In this document: positions 10,417-19,879 of the stretch, one piece after another | Layout: each line of letters starts with the position of its first letter | How positions within the stretch are numbered: position 1 is the first letter of the stretch | Assembly: GCA_026003255.1 (NCBI GenBank) | Contig: BPGX01000008.1 | Span: forward strand, 5,266-69,265 | From: Bacteroidia bacterium | GTDB taxonomy: Bacteria; Bacteroidota; Bacteroidia; B-17B0; Aurantibacillaceae | Reading direction: 5' to 3' | DNA length: 64,000 nt | Notes under the pieces: generated by a model | What the model was told of the DNA's origin: nothing | Database searches by the model: none | What the model saw: the letters and a program-made list of their open reading frames with translations, nothing else | Translations under genes and position numbers: made by a program

Positions 10417-11115
10417 TTACAACAAATTATTATCCGCAAAACTATAATACTTATCCTGAAAAATAATCAAATGATCCAACAAATCAATATCTAATAATTT
10501 CAATGCATCCTTAATCCTTTTAGTAATCACCTTGTCTTCCTCACTGGGCATAAGATTCCCAGAAGGATGATTGTGTGCCACCATAACTTTTGTTGAATTA
10601 TTCAATAGTGCATATTTACATATCAGACGCACATCTACCAGTGTTCTATCAATATTCCCTTTTGTAATTTGATACGCATCTATTGGTAACAAAGCATTAT
10701 TCAACACCACTATCCAGAATTCCTCCTGCACTTTATCCGAAAGATAACGCATAAAAAACTTTGCGGCAGCACTTACATCATTGAGTTTTGTTTCCTCATT
10801 TACAAACTGACGAATATATCTTCTTTTTCCCAATTCTAATGCAGCAATGATATTAATGCAACGTACCTCACCCAAACCTCTTTGTGTATCTTTCAGAGAC
10901 AAAGGATGTTGAATAGCAATTTTATTTAAATCATTATTATAATATGACAATAATTTTTGGGCTAATTGAATGGCAGAGTTTCCTTTAGTTCCACTACCTA
11001 TGATGATCGCCAACAACTCCGCATCCGAAAGTGCAGAAGCACCGTGTTTGAGCAACTTCTCTCTTGGTCTATCATCAACAGACAAATCTTTTATTTGTAG
11101 TGAAAACTCACTCAT
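10417..11115 (-). CDS. radC: RadC-family JAB/MPN domain protein
   Basis: 232 aa. It has an HhH-like N-terminus (LSDAELLAIIIGSG) and the JAMM motif HNHPSG. Confidence 0.8.
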   Translation of the reverse strand: MSEFSLQIKDLSVDDRPREKLLKHGASALSDAELLAIIIGSGTKGNSAIQLAQKLLSYYNNDLNKIAIQHPLSLKDTQRGLGEVRCINIIAALELGKRRYIRQFVNEETKLNDVSAAAKFFMRYLSDKVQEEFWIVVLNNALLPIDAYQITKGNIDRTLVDVRLICKYALLNNSTKVMVAHNHPSGNLMPSEEDKVITKRIKDALKLLDIDLLDHLIIFQDKYYSFADNNLL

Positions 11116-11503
11116 TTTGATCTAAAATTCTTTTAATGTCTGGCTTAAAATAATTAGCACCTTTTAATACTTTTCCATCTTCTCTGTAAATGGGCTTGCC
11201 ATCTTCTCCAAGTTTGGACATATTACTCCGATGTATTTCTTCAAATATCGCATCAATCTTATGTTGCAAGCCGTGTCGTAATAATGTTCCAAGTGCTATA
11301 TAAAGTATATCTCCAATGGCATCCGCTATTTCCACAATATCGCCTTTTTCACAAGCAGCCAGATACTCTTCATTTTCTTCCTTTATCAAATTATACCTCA
11401 ATTCATACTCCTCTTTCGTCAATAATTGCGACGAATAATTATTCTTGATATTAAAACTTTTATGAAATTCTTCTACTTTCTTAATATGCTCTGAAAAAGA
11501 CAT
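11108..11503 (-). CDS. MazG-like / phosphoribosyl-ATP pyrophosphohydrolase-like nucleotide pyrophosphohydrolase
   Basis: 131 aa, all-alpha, with acidic motifs EENEEY and EIADAIGDILY typical of the MazG fold. It overlaps radC by 8 nt. Confidence 0.55.
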   Translation of the reverse strand: MSFSEHIKKVEEFHKSFNIKNNYSSQLLTKEEYELRYNLIKEENEEYLAACEKGDIVEIADAIGDILYIALGTLLRHGLQHKIDAIFEEIHRSNMSKLGEDGKPIYREDGKVLKGANYFKPDIKRILDQNE

Positions 11504-11517
11504 AAAATAATTTATTT

Positions 11518-14500
11518 CTATTCAGATGCTGGTTCCATCTCTTCTCCAACACCCTGCAAATCCTCTTTGGTAAGATACTTGGATAATTTATTCACAAACT
11601 CATCCGACAATTGCTTTTGATTAAATTGCATCGTCAAGGATGCTAACCGTTGCATAATATCTTTGCATTGTCGCATTTCTCTTTGAAAAGCAATTTGATC
11701 CATCATTTTGTATTGATTGTAAACCATTAAATCATGCTCCATTATATCAAATAATTTTTTAGAAAGTTTATTTGCTGTAGCTGTATCACCGATTTGATAA
11801 TAACAAGCCGCAATAGTAAATACAGCAGGATCATAAGGCACATTCTCTTCTTTAATCTTGCTCATCATATAATCCAGCACTTTCTTGGCTTTATCTTTCT
11901 TACCTTCACGTATCAAAGCATTTGCTAAAATTGTAATTTGCATACGAATATTACCAGCCATTCTCAAACAATTTTCATCTAAATAAACCCCTTCTTTATC
12001 CATTCCTCCCCATTGGTATTTATTCATCACTATATCATACATTCGGTCTGTATTCACTCTACCGCCCACCATCTTATCTTCAGGCGTTTGTTGAATGGGC
12101 ACAAAACGATACGCCAATCCTTCTAACTGAAAATAATCCTGCAAACCCACATACGCTTCTGCACCTGTAGTTACTGCAAAGTATATTGGTCTTGACCAAT
12201 CATTATGTGCCACTAAATCCAATACCATTAAATCATTTTTAGTTATATAATTTCGACCTAAACGGAAGGATATTTTTTTCGTAATTTTTGAATAATCTTT
12301 TTCACCAACTACTTTATTCTTAATCACTTGTGCTGTATCCACATCGATGTAATAATTTTTTGTTGGTATATAATCCAGATATTTTCCATTACCTATCGGG
12401 AATTTATTTTGCGGATCATCGCTCGCCACAAAATCTATCACATCTTTCAAATTCATCTCGTTTTTAGTTTGTTCAATTAAATAAACAACATCTCTGTTGC
12501 TGTAGGCATATTTTTCAGGAGCTAATGTCAACGGCATCGGATCAGATTCGTATGCCTTCCTGCGCATTTGATTTATATACCAATCTGTCTGAAATAAACT
12601 TAAATTACACACTCTTACATCCGTACGAATACCCTCTACTTCCTGTACATACCACAATGGGAAAGTATCATTATCTCCATTTGTAAATAGAATTCCATTC
12701 TTCTCACAGGATTCTAAATACATTACAGCACAATCTCTGGCTAATGTTCTCTTACTTCTATCATGGTCATCCCATTCCTCTTTTGCCATAATAGCAGGTG
12801 CAATCAATGATAATAATGTCGCTGCAATAGCAGAAATTTTTGCTGATGCAAACTCTTTAATCAATTCATATAAAAATAAAACGCCCATTCCAATCCATAT
12901 TGCAAATACGTAGAACGAACCTGCATACGCATAATCACGTTCCCTTGGTTGATAAGGTGTGGGATTTAAATAGATATTTATCGCAATTCCTGTAAAAAAG
13001 AAAAACAAAAACACTATCCACGCTATGGGCTTGCTTTTCTTGTAATTGTAAAACATTCCCAATAAGCCCAAAAGCAATGGCAAGGCAAATAATTCATTGT
13101 GTGCTTTATTATTTTCAAGAGCATAAGTTTTTAATTGACTATATCCATCTCCACCCAATATAAAATCATCAATAAATCCTATACCACTGATGGTATTGCC
13201 TTCCAATGGATTACCAGTCAATCCCTGCACATCGTTTTGCCTTCCCATAAAATTCCAAAGAAAATAACGAAAGTACATATACCCCAATTGATACCTAATA
13301 AAGAAAATCAGATTCGCTTTAAAAGTCGGTACCTCAATGCTTTCCATTTCTCCATTTTCATTCATTTTATTAATCGTGCGATGATTATTCACCACATCTC
13401 CCCAATAACGATAACCCGCCACGTGGTCAGAACGGTTGCTCCACATTCTTGGAAATATCGTACAAAATTCTTCTTCGTAAGTTGGAATGGCTTTCTTACC
13501 ATCGTTCACAATTTTATACTTTCCAGTTTTTTCATCCTTTGCAAAAATTGGATCTATATCTTTATAGTAATTAGATGGCTTGGGCGGCGCATTGTAATAT
13601 TGTCCATATAAAATCGGCCAATCACCATATTGCTCTCTCAATAAATACGAAAGTAAATTCGGCGTATTTTCTGGATCATTCTCATCCATTGGCGGATTGG
13701 CCTGTGAGCGAATCACAATCACAAAGAAAGTAGAATAACCAATCAACAATGCCGCTAATGACATCATCGTGATATTAAACGCCAACAAATGATCTTTTAA
13801 TTTCTTAATTCCATAAATAATTCCACCAAAAACCAGCATTCGCATAAATATTCCAGTCCCACTTAATCCACTGAATGTAGAAAGTATTGCAAATGCAATT
13901 AAAGTATAAAAACCATATTGATAATATCTTTTTTCTTTTGTATGAGAATACATTATGAATAAAACAATAGTAGAAATGAGTAAAACAAAAAACAAAATGA
14001 TTCCTGAATTAAACGGCATCCCCAACTTATTCACCACAAACACCTCACTGTCTGCCAACAATTTCACAATTTTTGGTATCAAAATAGATTGCACAAAACC
14101 AAGCAAGGCCATACCAATAATTCCTGCATAAATAAAACCTTTCCACGAAAACTTATATTTCTTAAAGTAATACACATACACAATCGCAGGAATAACAAGC
14201 AAATTCAACAAGTGAATACCAATGGATAGACCTATTAAATAACTAATCAACACAATCCAACGCCACGCCGATGTAGAATCCGTATCATCTTCCTCTTCCC
14301 ATTTCAAAATAGCCCAGAATACCAATGCTGTAAATAAAGACGACGATGCATACACTTCTCCTTCCACTGCCGAAAACCAGAAGGAATCAGAAAAAGTATA
14401 CGCCAATGCACCTACTGCCGCTGAACCTAAAATAGCAATTTGCTCAGCCACAGATAATTCATAATTACGATTGTTTTTAGAAACTATTTTAAACACCAAA

Positions 14501-14805
14501 CGGCTAATCGTCCAGAATAAAAACAAAATCGTAAACGCCGATGCTAATGCCGACATAGCATTCACCATCATTGCTACTTTTGTAACATCATTACCAGCTA
14601 AAAGCGTGAAGATCTTACCTAACAACATAAAGGTCGGAGCACCAGGCGGATGCCCTACTTCTAACTTGTGTGTACATGCAATAAATTCACCACAATCCCA
14701 GAAACTCGCAGTTGGTTCAATTGTGCTTAAATACGTGTATGCTGCAACAGCAAAAACAACCCAACCAATAATGTTATTGTATTTTCTAAACGATGCATTT
14801 ACCAT
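11518..14805 (-). CDS. DUF2723 (TMEM260-like) large polytopic membrane protein with C-terminal TPR-like region
   Basis: 1095 aa. The N-terminal TASFWDCGEFIA...HPPGAP signature, many TM segments and a soluble C-terminus fit this family. Confidence 0.7.
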   Translation of the reverse strand: MVNASFRKYNNIIGWVVFAVAAYTYLSTIEPTASFWDCGEFIACTHKLEVGHPPGAPTFMLLGKIFTLLAGNDVTKVAMMVNAMSALASAFTILFLFWTISRLVFKIVSKNNRNYELSVAEQIAILGSAAVGALAYTFSDSFWFSAVEGEVYASSSLFTALVFWAILKWEEEDDTDSTSAWRWIVLISYLIGLSIGIHLLNLLVIPAIVYVYYFKKYKFSWKGFIYAGIIGMALLGFVQSILIPKIVKLLADSEVFVVNKLGMPFNSGIILFFVLLISTIVLFIMYSHTKEKRYYQYGFYTLIAFAILSTFSGLSGTGIFMRMLVFGGIIYGIKKLKDHLLAFNITMMSLAALLIGYSTFFVIVIRSQANPPMDENDPENTPNLLSYLLREQYGDWPILYGQYYNAPPKPSNYYKDIDPIFAKDEKTGKYKIVNDGKKAIPTYEEEFCTIFPRMWSNRSDHVAGYRYWGDVVNNHRTINKMNENGEMESIEVPTFKANLIFFIRYQLGYMYFRYFLWNFMGRQNDVQGLTGNPLEGNTISGIGFIDDFILGGDGYSQLKTYALENNKAHNELFALPLLLGLLGMFYNYKKSKPIAWIVFLFFFFTGIAINIYLNPTPYQPRERDYAYAGSFYVFAIWIGMGVLFLYELIKEFASAKISAIAATLLSLIAPAIMAKEEWDDHDRSKRTLARDCAVMYLESCEKNGILFTNGDNDTFPLWYVQEVEGIRTDVRVCNLSLFQTDWYINQMRRKAYESDPMPLTLAPEKYAYSNRDVVYLIEQTKNEMNLKDVIDFVASDDPQNKFPIGNGKYLDYIPTKNYYIDVDTAQVIKNKVVGEKDYSKITKKISFRLGRNYITKNDLMVLDLVAHNDWSRPIYFAVTTGAEAYVGLQDYFQLEGLAYRFVPIQQTPEDKMVGGRVNTDRMYDIVMNKYQWGGMDKEGVYLDENCLRMAGNIRMQITILANALIREGKKDKAKKVLDYMMSKIKEENVPYDPAVFTIAACYYQIGDTATANKLSKKLFDIMEHDLMVYNQYKMMDQIAFQREMRQCKDIMQRLASLTMQFNQKQLSDEFVNKLSKYLTKEDLQGVGEEMEPASE

Positions 14806-14927
14806 AATTCATTTTTTAATAAAGCAGGCGAATGTAAGAAAAAGAAATTAAATAGGGGAATTACAGATTTAACTAACATTATGTTTAATGTTTTATTGCT
14901 TCTTGTTCGCTGATTACAGCACCATCT

Positions 14928-15134
14928 AATCCCGAAGGGATCGCAGATTCATGAAAAATTTGATATGTGTAAACACGCAGCCTTACATCATCATCCAATC
15001 CCGAAGGGATTTCAAATCTATAAAAAATTTGATATGTGTAAAGGCAAAACACTACACCATCACCCAATCCCGAAGGGATTGCAGATTTATAGAAAATTTG
15101 ATATCGATGATTATACGACCCCTTCGGGGTCGCA
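14928..15134. repeat. three tandem 69-bp units, each starting with the hairpin AATCCCGAAGGGATT, plus one inverted GC hairpin CGACCCCTTCGGGGTCG (REP/BIME-like cluster)
   Basis: The hairpins start at 14928, 14997 and 15066, an exact 69-bp period. The inverted-orientation hairpin is at 15116..15132. The units share ...GCAGATTnATnnAAAATTTGATAT. Confidence 0.85.
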
Positions 15135-15188
15135 GGTGTTGGGTTATATATTATATTGCTATAGACCTTTGATGCCTTCAGCATCCCA

Positions 15189-15650
15189 TTATTTAATCCA
15201 TTCAAACAAAAATTTTTCATCATGTTCAATTTTAAATTTTTTCAGAAAATCAATGTATTCTTCTCGGAAACTCACTTTACGATGATGTTGCTTCTGATTC
15301 ATTACATATTTAACGACCCTATCAACATGGGAATGGCTATATGAAAACGCTCCATAACCTTCCTGCCAACTAAATCTGAACTTAGTTAGTTTATTTTCAT
15401 TGATAAACTCATTTGATGATTTTTTAATCTCTCTCACTAAATCAGATAAACAACAAGATGGTTTCATACCAATAAAAATATGGATATGATCTGGCATTCC
15501 GTTGATAGCAAGGAGTTTTTGTCCCTTGCCTCTTACAATCCCTGTAATATACTGATACAATCTATCTTCCCATTCAGAATGAATCAAACTCTGCCTCCCT
15601 TTAACTGCAAAAACAATCTGAATATATATCTGTGAAAACGTTCCGGACAT
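15189..15650 (-). CDS. IS200/IS605-family Y1 (HUH) transposase, REP-associated tyrosine transposase (RAYT)-like
   Basis: It has the HUH motif HIHIFI, the C-terminal YVMNQKQHH motif with the catalytic Tyr, and the conserved start MSGTFSQIYIQIVFAVKGR (ATG at 15650). The extended start at 15698 is less likely. Confidence 0.75.
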   Translation of the reverse strand: MSGTFSQIYIQIVFAVKGRQSLIHSEWEDRLYQYITGIVRGKGQKLLAINGMPDHIHIFIGMKPSCCLSDLVREIKKSSNEFINENKLTKFRFSWQEGYGAFSYSHSHVDRVVKYVMNQKQHHRKVSFREEYIDFLKKFKIEHDEKFLFEWIK

Positions 15651-15757
15651 AATTAAAAGAATTTTAGATATATTGTTTACATAAGAACTTCTTTTCAATT
15701 ATATTCTTTCACTTTTGAAAAATATTCTAAAAAACTATTCAGCAATAAATTAATCAA

Positions 15758-17113
15758 TTAATTGATTTCATTTAAAACTTTCATACTATCTGGACTTGCA
15801 ATACTATCTTCTCCCAAAATAATTCCATTCTCTCCCCATCCCACTAATCTTACTTCTGAGATTTTCCCACACCAATTCTCATTATAAGTTCTACTTACCC
15901 TAATATAATTATCTGTCCATCCATACATCATTCCATTTTTCTCTGTGTCTTCCCACAATACTTTTCTTGTTTTTCCAATGTTTTGTTGATAAAAATAATG
16001 CTGCTTTTTTTGAGACAATTGTCGCAAAATTGCATTGCGTTCCTTTCGAATGTGCATCGGCACTTTGTCAGATAATTGTTCTGCCAGCGTGTTTTTGCGT
16101 TCACTATATGTAAATACGTGAAAATAAGACACATCTAAACCTTTCAAAAACTCCAATGTTTCATTAAATAATTCATCCGTTTCTCCCGGAAATCCCACTA
16201 TTACATCTACTCCAATACAAGCATCCGGCATTAAACTTTTAATTTTTTCTACTCGTTGTGCATACAATTCTCTTTTATATCTTCTTTGCATTTTGGCTAA
16301 TATCGTATTACTTCCAGATTGCAACGGAATATGAAAATGTGGCATTATATGTCTGGAATTCGCCGATAATTCAATAATCTCATCACTTAATAAGTTCGGC
16401 TCAATGGACGAAATTCTTAATCTAAACTCTGTATCTATTTTCTCAACTTCTTCTAATAATTGTAATAAAGTAAAACTTCTTTTTTTCCTTCCCTGTTCTG
16501 GAATTTCTGTAAACCCAACATCTCCAACGTTCACACCTGTTAATACAATCTCTTTAATGCCTTTTTCTAAAATTTGATGAACATTTTTCAAAATGCCTTC
16601 CAATGTATCGCTTCGGCTCTCCCCACGAGCCAATGGAATAGTGCAATAACTACACGTATAATCGCATCCGTCCTGTATTTTCAAAAATGTTCTTGTCCTT
16701 TCTCCCAATGAAAACGACGCATTAAAATGATATGCATTTTCAATATCCGAATAAAACGCTTTTGATTCTTCATCATCTAAATATTTCAAATAATCTATAA
16801 TCTTAAATTTCTCATTAGTCCCTAATACTAACTTAACTCCTTGAATATTCAATATCTCCTGTGGCTTCAATTGAGCATAGCAACCTATAACAATCACCTT
16901 ACAATTCGGATTCTTCTGCAATGCTCTTTTTACAATACTTTTGCATTCTTTATCAGCATTTTCAGTAACGCTACACGTATTGATAACACATATATCCGAA
17001 GGTTCCTCAAAATCTACTACCAAAAATTGTTGCGATTGAAAAATTTTCGCAATACTTGAAGTTTCTGCAAAATTCAATTTACATCCCAATGTATAAAAGG
17101 ATACTTTTCTCAT
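15758..17113 (-). CDS. mtaB: tRNA t6A37 methylthiotransferase (radical SAM, MiaB/RimO family)
   Basis: 451 aa. It has the N-terminal UPF0004 domain (FYTLGCKLNFAE), the radical SAM motif CDYTCSYC and a TRAM-like C-terminus. Confidence 0.8.
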   Translation of the reverse strand: MRKVSFYTLGCKLNFAETSSIAKIFQSQQFLVVDFEEPSDICVINTCSVTENADKECKSIVKRALQKNPNCKVIVIGCYAQLKPQEILNIQGVKLVLGTNEKFKIIDYLKYLDDEESKAFYSDIENAYHFNASFSLGERTRTFLKIQDGCDYTCSYCTIPLARGESRSDTLEGILKNVHQILEKGIKEIVLTGVNVGDVGFTEIPEQGRKKRSFTLLQLLEEVEKIDTEFRLRISSIEPNLLSDEIIELSANSRHIMPHFHIPLQSGSNTILAKMQRRYKRELYAQRVEKIKSLMPDACIGVDVIVGFPGETDELFNETLEFLKGLDVSYFHVFTYSERKNTLAEQLSDKVPMHIRKERNAILRQLSQKKQHYFYQQNIGKTRKVLWEDTEKNGMMYGWTDNYIRVSRTYNENWCGKISEVRLVGWGENGIILGEDSIASPDSMKVLNEIN

Positions 17114-17751
17114 AATTCCACTGCATTTTCACTTCTTACTTCTTTTACAACATCTGGCAACATTCGCTTCAAAAGCCCTTCAATCCCTGCCTTTAGAGTC
17201 ATCATACTACTTGGACATCCACTGCACGCTCCACGCATTTTCAAGTAAACAATCCCATCTTCGTATTTTTCAAAAGTAATAAACCCACCATCTTGCGATA
17301 CCGTTGGTAAAATGTATTCATTCAAAATATCAATAATTTTTTGTTCAACTTCTGTTTGTGGAATATTATGCTGAATGGCTACTTCTTCAATGACCTGTTG
17401 CTTGTTTTCACTCTCATCTGAAACTAATTCGTTAATTAAATCATAATTGATGGCAACTTTTCCAGAGTTGAAATATTCATAAATATAATCCCTTACTTCT
17501 AATAAAATATCATCCCACGATATAAAAGAATGCTTGGTAATGCTGATGTAATTATCTGCAATCAAAACATTTTTGACAAAAGGAAAAGCCAACAATGCAT
17601 TCGCAATCGGCGCAATTTCAGTGTTTTTCGATGTTTCAAAAGACAATACTTTTCCTGAAGGCAATAAAGTATGATTGGTAATGAACTTAATTGTTTCAGG
17701 ATTAGGCGTTTGCTCCATTATAATACTGCATCGTAATTTAGTGTCGTTCAT
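17110..17751 (-). CDS. NifU/Nfu-family Fe-S cluster scaffold protein
   Basis: It has an Nfu_N domain (EQTPNPETIKF) and a C-terminal NifU domain with the GACSGCPSS CxxC motif. A -7 box lies 19 bp upstream of the 17751 start. Confidence 0.8.
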   Translation of the reverse strand: MNDTKLRCSIIMEQTPNPETIKFITNHTLLPSGKVLSFETSKNTEIAPIANALLAFPFVKNVLIADNYISITKHSFISWDDILLEVRDYIYEYFNSGKVAINYDLINELVSDESENKQQVIEEVAIQHNIPQTEVEQKIIDILNEYILPTVSQDGGFITFEKYEDGIVYLKMRGACSGCPSSMMTLKAGIEGLLKRMLPDVVKEVRSENAVEL

Positions 17752-17770
17752 AGATGATTAAATTATTTGG

Positions 17771-17778
17771 CAAAAATA
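17771..17778 (-). promoter_or_regulatory. Bacteroidetes -7 box (TATTTTTG on the minus strand)
   Basis: Matches TAnnTTTG, 19 bp upstream of the nifU-like start. Confidence 0.35.
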
Positions 17779-17822
17779 CAAGAAATTCTTTGAAGAGAAC
17801 TTAAACTAATAAAAATCATAAT

Positions 17823-17860
17823 AATCTGTGAAAATCTGTTTCAATCGGTGTTAATCAGCG
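17823..17860 (-). repeat. four-unit array with exact 10-bp phasing, AATCTGTG / AATCTGTT / AATCGGTG / AATCAGCG (CAGATT motif on the gene-sense strand)
   Basis: Units start at 17823, 17833, 17843 and 17853. A related array lies at 58753..58790. Confidence 0.7.
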
Positions 17861-17888
17861 TTCCATTATAAATAATTAATTATGAAAA

Positions 17889-19142
17889 TCACTCCCATCT
17901 TAAAATTTCAGATGGTTGCATTTTGCTAATTAAATAAGTAGGAATATACATACACAATAAACAAGTTAAAATTGTTCCCGTATTCAATAAAAACCAATCC
18001 ATCAAATTCCACTCTATCGGAATATAATCCACATAATACGCTTCTGCATCTAATTTAAAAATGTGAAAATGATTTTGTAAAATTATTAATACGATTGCAA
18101 TACTATTTCCAATCAACAATCCCCATCCAAGAATTTTCAAGGATATGATTAAGAAAATGTTTTTGATGTTCCAATTGGTCATTCCTAAAGCCTTCAAAAT
18201 TCCAATCAAAGAAACTTTTTCTAAAATTAAAATAATCAAAGCAGAAACCATATTAACGGCTGCTACCATCAACATCAATACAATAATAATCACACCATTC
18301 ACATCTATCATTTCTAACCAATTAAAGATATTGCTGTATAACTCTTCTGTACTTACTAACTTATAATTATATGGAACATAATCTATTAATTGTTCAACCA
18401 ACTCATCCCCTGAAATGTTATTCTTTCCATAAATTTCAATTTGCGAAAATGAATTTTTATTCCAATTATTAATTTTTTGAATAATGCGTGCATCACCAAA
18501 AATCAACTGATTATCCAATTCTCCCATTTGTGGATGAATAATCCCTTTGATATAAAAATCTCTGGAACGATAATCAATTTTCTCATTATCATTCTCATCT
18601 TTTACTTTTGTTACAAAATAGACAATAATTTTTTGATTTAATTGCAATTGCATTCGGTCAGCTAATTTTTTTGAGATAATTACTTCTTTACTAATCGCAG
18701 TATCGGAATATCTTGGAAATTCACCTTCAACAAGATAATTCTTCAAAATTTCCCAATGATAAGATGGCAAAACACCTTTGAAAATCACGCCTTCATTTTC
18801 CTCTTTAACTTTCAAAATACCATTCTTGATACACACGGGCTCTGCATATTGAACCAATTGATTTTCTCGTATTAGTTTCAACGTATCATTGTTTACTGAA
18901 AGTGAGTGTGATGTAATATCCTGTGATTCCTGATAAGGCATAATCACCATATCAGAAGTCAAACGCTTTAATTTTATATTGATTTCTTGTTTAAATCCCC
19001 TAATAACCGCTACCGATAAAATCATCACAGCAATTCCCAATCCAACTGCAATCGTTCCGATTCTTATTGCAGGAAGTGAAATACTTTGTTCTGAATCTTT
19101 GTTATGAATGATTTTTCTGGCTATGTAAAATATTTGGATCAT
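17889..19142 (-). CDS. ABC transporter permease, FtsX/MacB/LolE-like
   Basis: 417 aa. The layout is an N-terminal TM segment, a large periplasmic domain and a C-terminal FtsX-type 3-TM bundle (LKALGMTNWNIKNIF). Confidence 0.7.
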   Translation of the reverse strand: MIQIFYIARKIIHNKDSEQSISLPAIRIGTIAVGLGIAVMILSVAVIRGFKQEINIKLKRLTSDMVIMPYQESQDITSHSLSVNNDTLKLIRENQLVQYAEPVCIKNGILKVKEENEGVIFKGVLPSYHWEILKNYLVEGEFPRYSDTAISKEVIISKKLADRMQLQLNQKIIVYFVTKVKDENDNEKIDYRSRDFYIKGIIHPQMGELDNQLIFGDARIIQKINNWNKNSFSQIEIYGKNNISGDELVEQLIDYVPYNYKLVSTEELYSNIFNWLEMIDVNGVIIIVLMLMVAAVNMVSALIILILEKVSLIGILKALGMTNWNIKNIFLIISLKILGWGLLIGNSIAIVLIILQNHFHIFKLDAEAYYVDYIPIEWNLMDWFLLNTGTILTCLLCMYIPTYLISKMQPSEILRWE

Positions 19143-19163
19143 TCTTTCTACAAAAATAGATAA

Positions 19164-19877
19164 TTATTTAGCATTAGTAGTATCATATTGCCTTATGCAT
19201 TTTTTATATCTTCTCTTTGCAATACAATTATATTGAATGAATCGAACAAAATCTCTCACCGAAAACCAGAGACCAACAGAATAAAACCATCCTGAAAAAG
19301 TAGAATAGTACTGTTTTTGTAACATCCACTGATAACCTAACATTGTCTCAAAACCCATCCATCTCAAAGGTTTTACTATTCCTACAAAAGATAAACCCAA
19401 TGAATTAAAATCACCTCTTTTTACAAAAATTTCTTTCTCTTTTAGAATTTTATGAATATTAAATTTTCCAATTCCTACTTCTCCCATTAAATCAAACTCA
19501 TAAAACCTTTTAAAGACAATCACTTTTCTATAAAAACCAGTTAGATATTGAACTCTTAATTTATACAACTCATTATTGTCAATTAACTTATATGGTAAGT
19601 AAATCTTGTATCCACCCACACCAGCAATATCTCTTTCATTAAACAAGATTCCAACCTGAAAACCAATGATATTGACAGACGCATTGCTAATAAAAGAATT
19701 TCTTGAATCAAAAATTAAGATAGGTAAGTACTTTTTTAATTTGAAAATTCTAATTGAATCATTCTCTAATTTACATTTCACCGAATCAAGATAATTATTC
19801 TGGCCAAATAAATCCAGTGACAATACCACTAACCAAACAAAAACAATGATTTTAATTAGTAAAATAAAAAATCGCAT
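19164..19877 (-). CDS. hypothetical secreted/outer-membrane protein
   Basis: 237 aa with an N-terminal signal-like hydrophobic segment and beta-strand-like alternating aromatic residues. I recognise no family. Confidence 0.4.
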   Translation of the reverse strand: MRFFILLIKIIVFVWLVVLSLDLFGQNNYLDSVKCKLENDSIRIFKLKKYLPILIFDSRNSFISNASVNIIGFQVGILFNERDIAGVGGYKIYLPYKLIDNNELYKLRVQYLTGFYRKVIVFKRFYEFDLMGEVGIGKFNIHKILKEKEIFVKRGDFNSLGLSFVGIVKPLRWMGFETMLGYQWMLQKQYYSTFSGWFYSVGLWFSVRDFVRFIQYNCIAKRRYKKCIRQYDTTNAK

Positions 19878-19879
19878 AC

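Noticed and set aside
10417-11503. RadC (JAB) plus MazG-like pyrophosphohydrolase pair as a defence or anti-defence module
   Set aside because: Both sit in a tightly packed housekeeping operon with mutY and the DUF2723 gene. There are no flanking mobile-element or defence genes and no compositional discontinuity. The likely explanation is a conserved core arrangement.
13135-13611. 158-aa plus-strand ORF inside the DUF2723 gene, plus similar antisense ORFs at 14471..14851, 20115..20477, 47009..47419, 54696..54992 and 32896..33225
   Set aside because: All are antisense to long ORFs with clear family signatures. AT-rich genomes generate long spurious antisense frames. None has recognisable motifs or a -7 box.
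14928-15134. Possible CRISPR array (regularly spaced palindromic repeats)
   Set aside because: The units are contiguous 69-bp tandem repeats that are similar along most of their length. There are no unique spacers between short repeats, only three units, and no cas genes in the window.
14885-15285. Three overlapping ORFs of 73-114 aa (14885..15229 minus strand; 14951..15172 and 14965..15285 plus strand) with repetitive IPSGL / PIPKG peptides
   Set aside because: They are read-throughs of the 69-bp tandem REP-like hairpin array. The internal peptide repetition mirrors the DNA repeat on both strands. There is no start context or promoter, and one overlaps the 3' end of the Y1 transposase gene.
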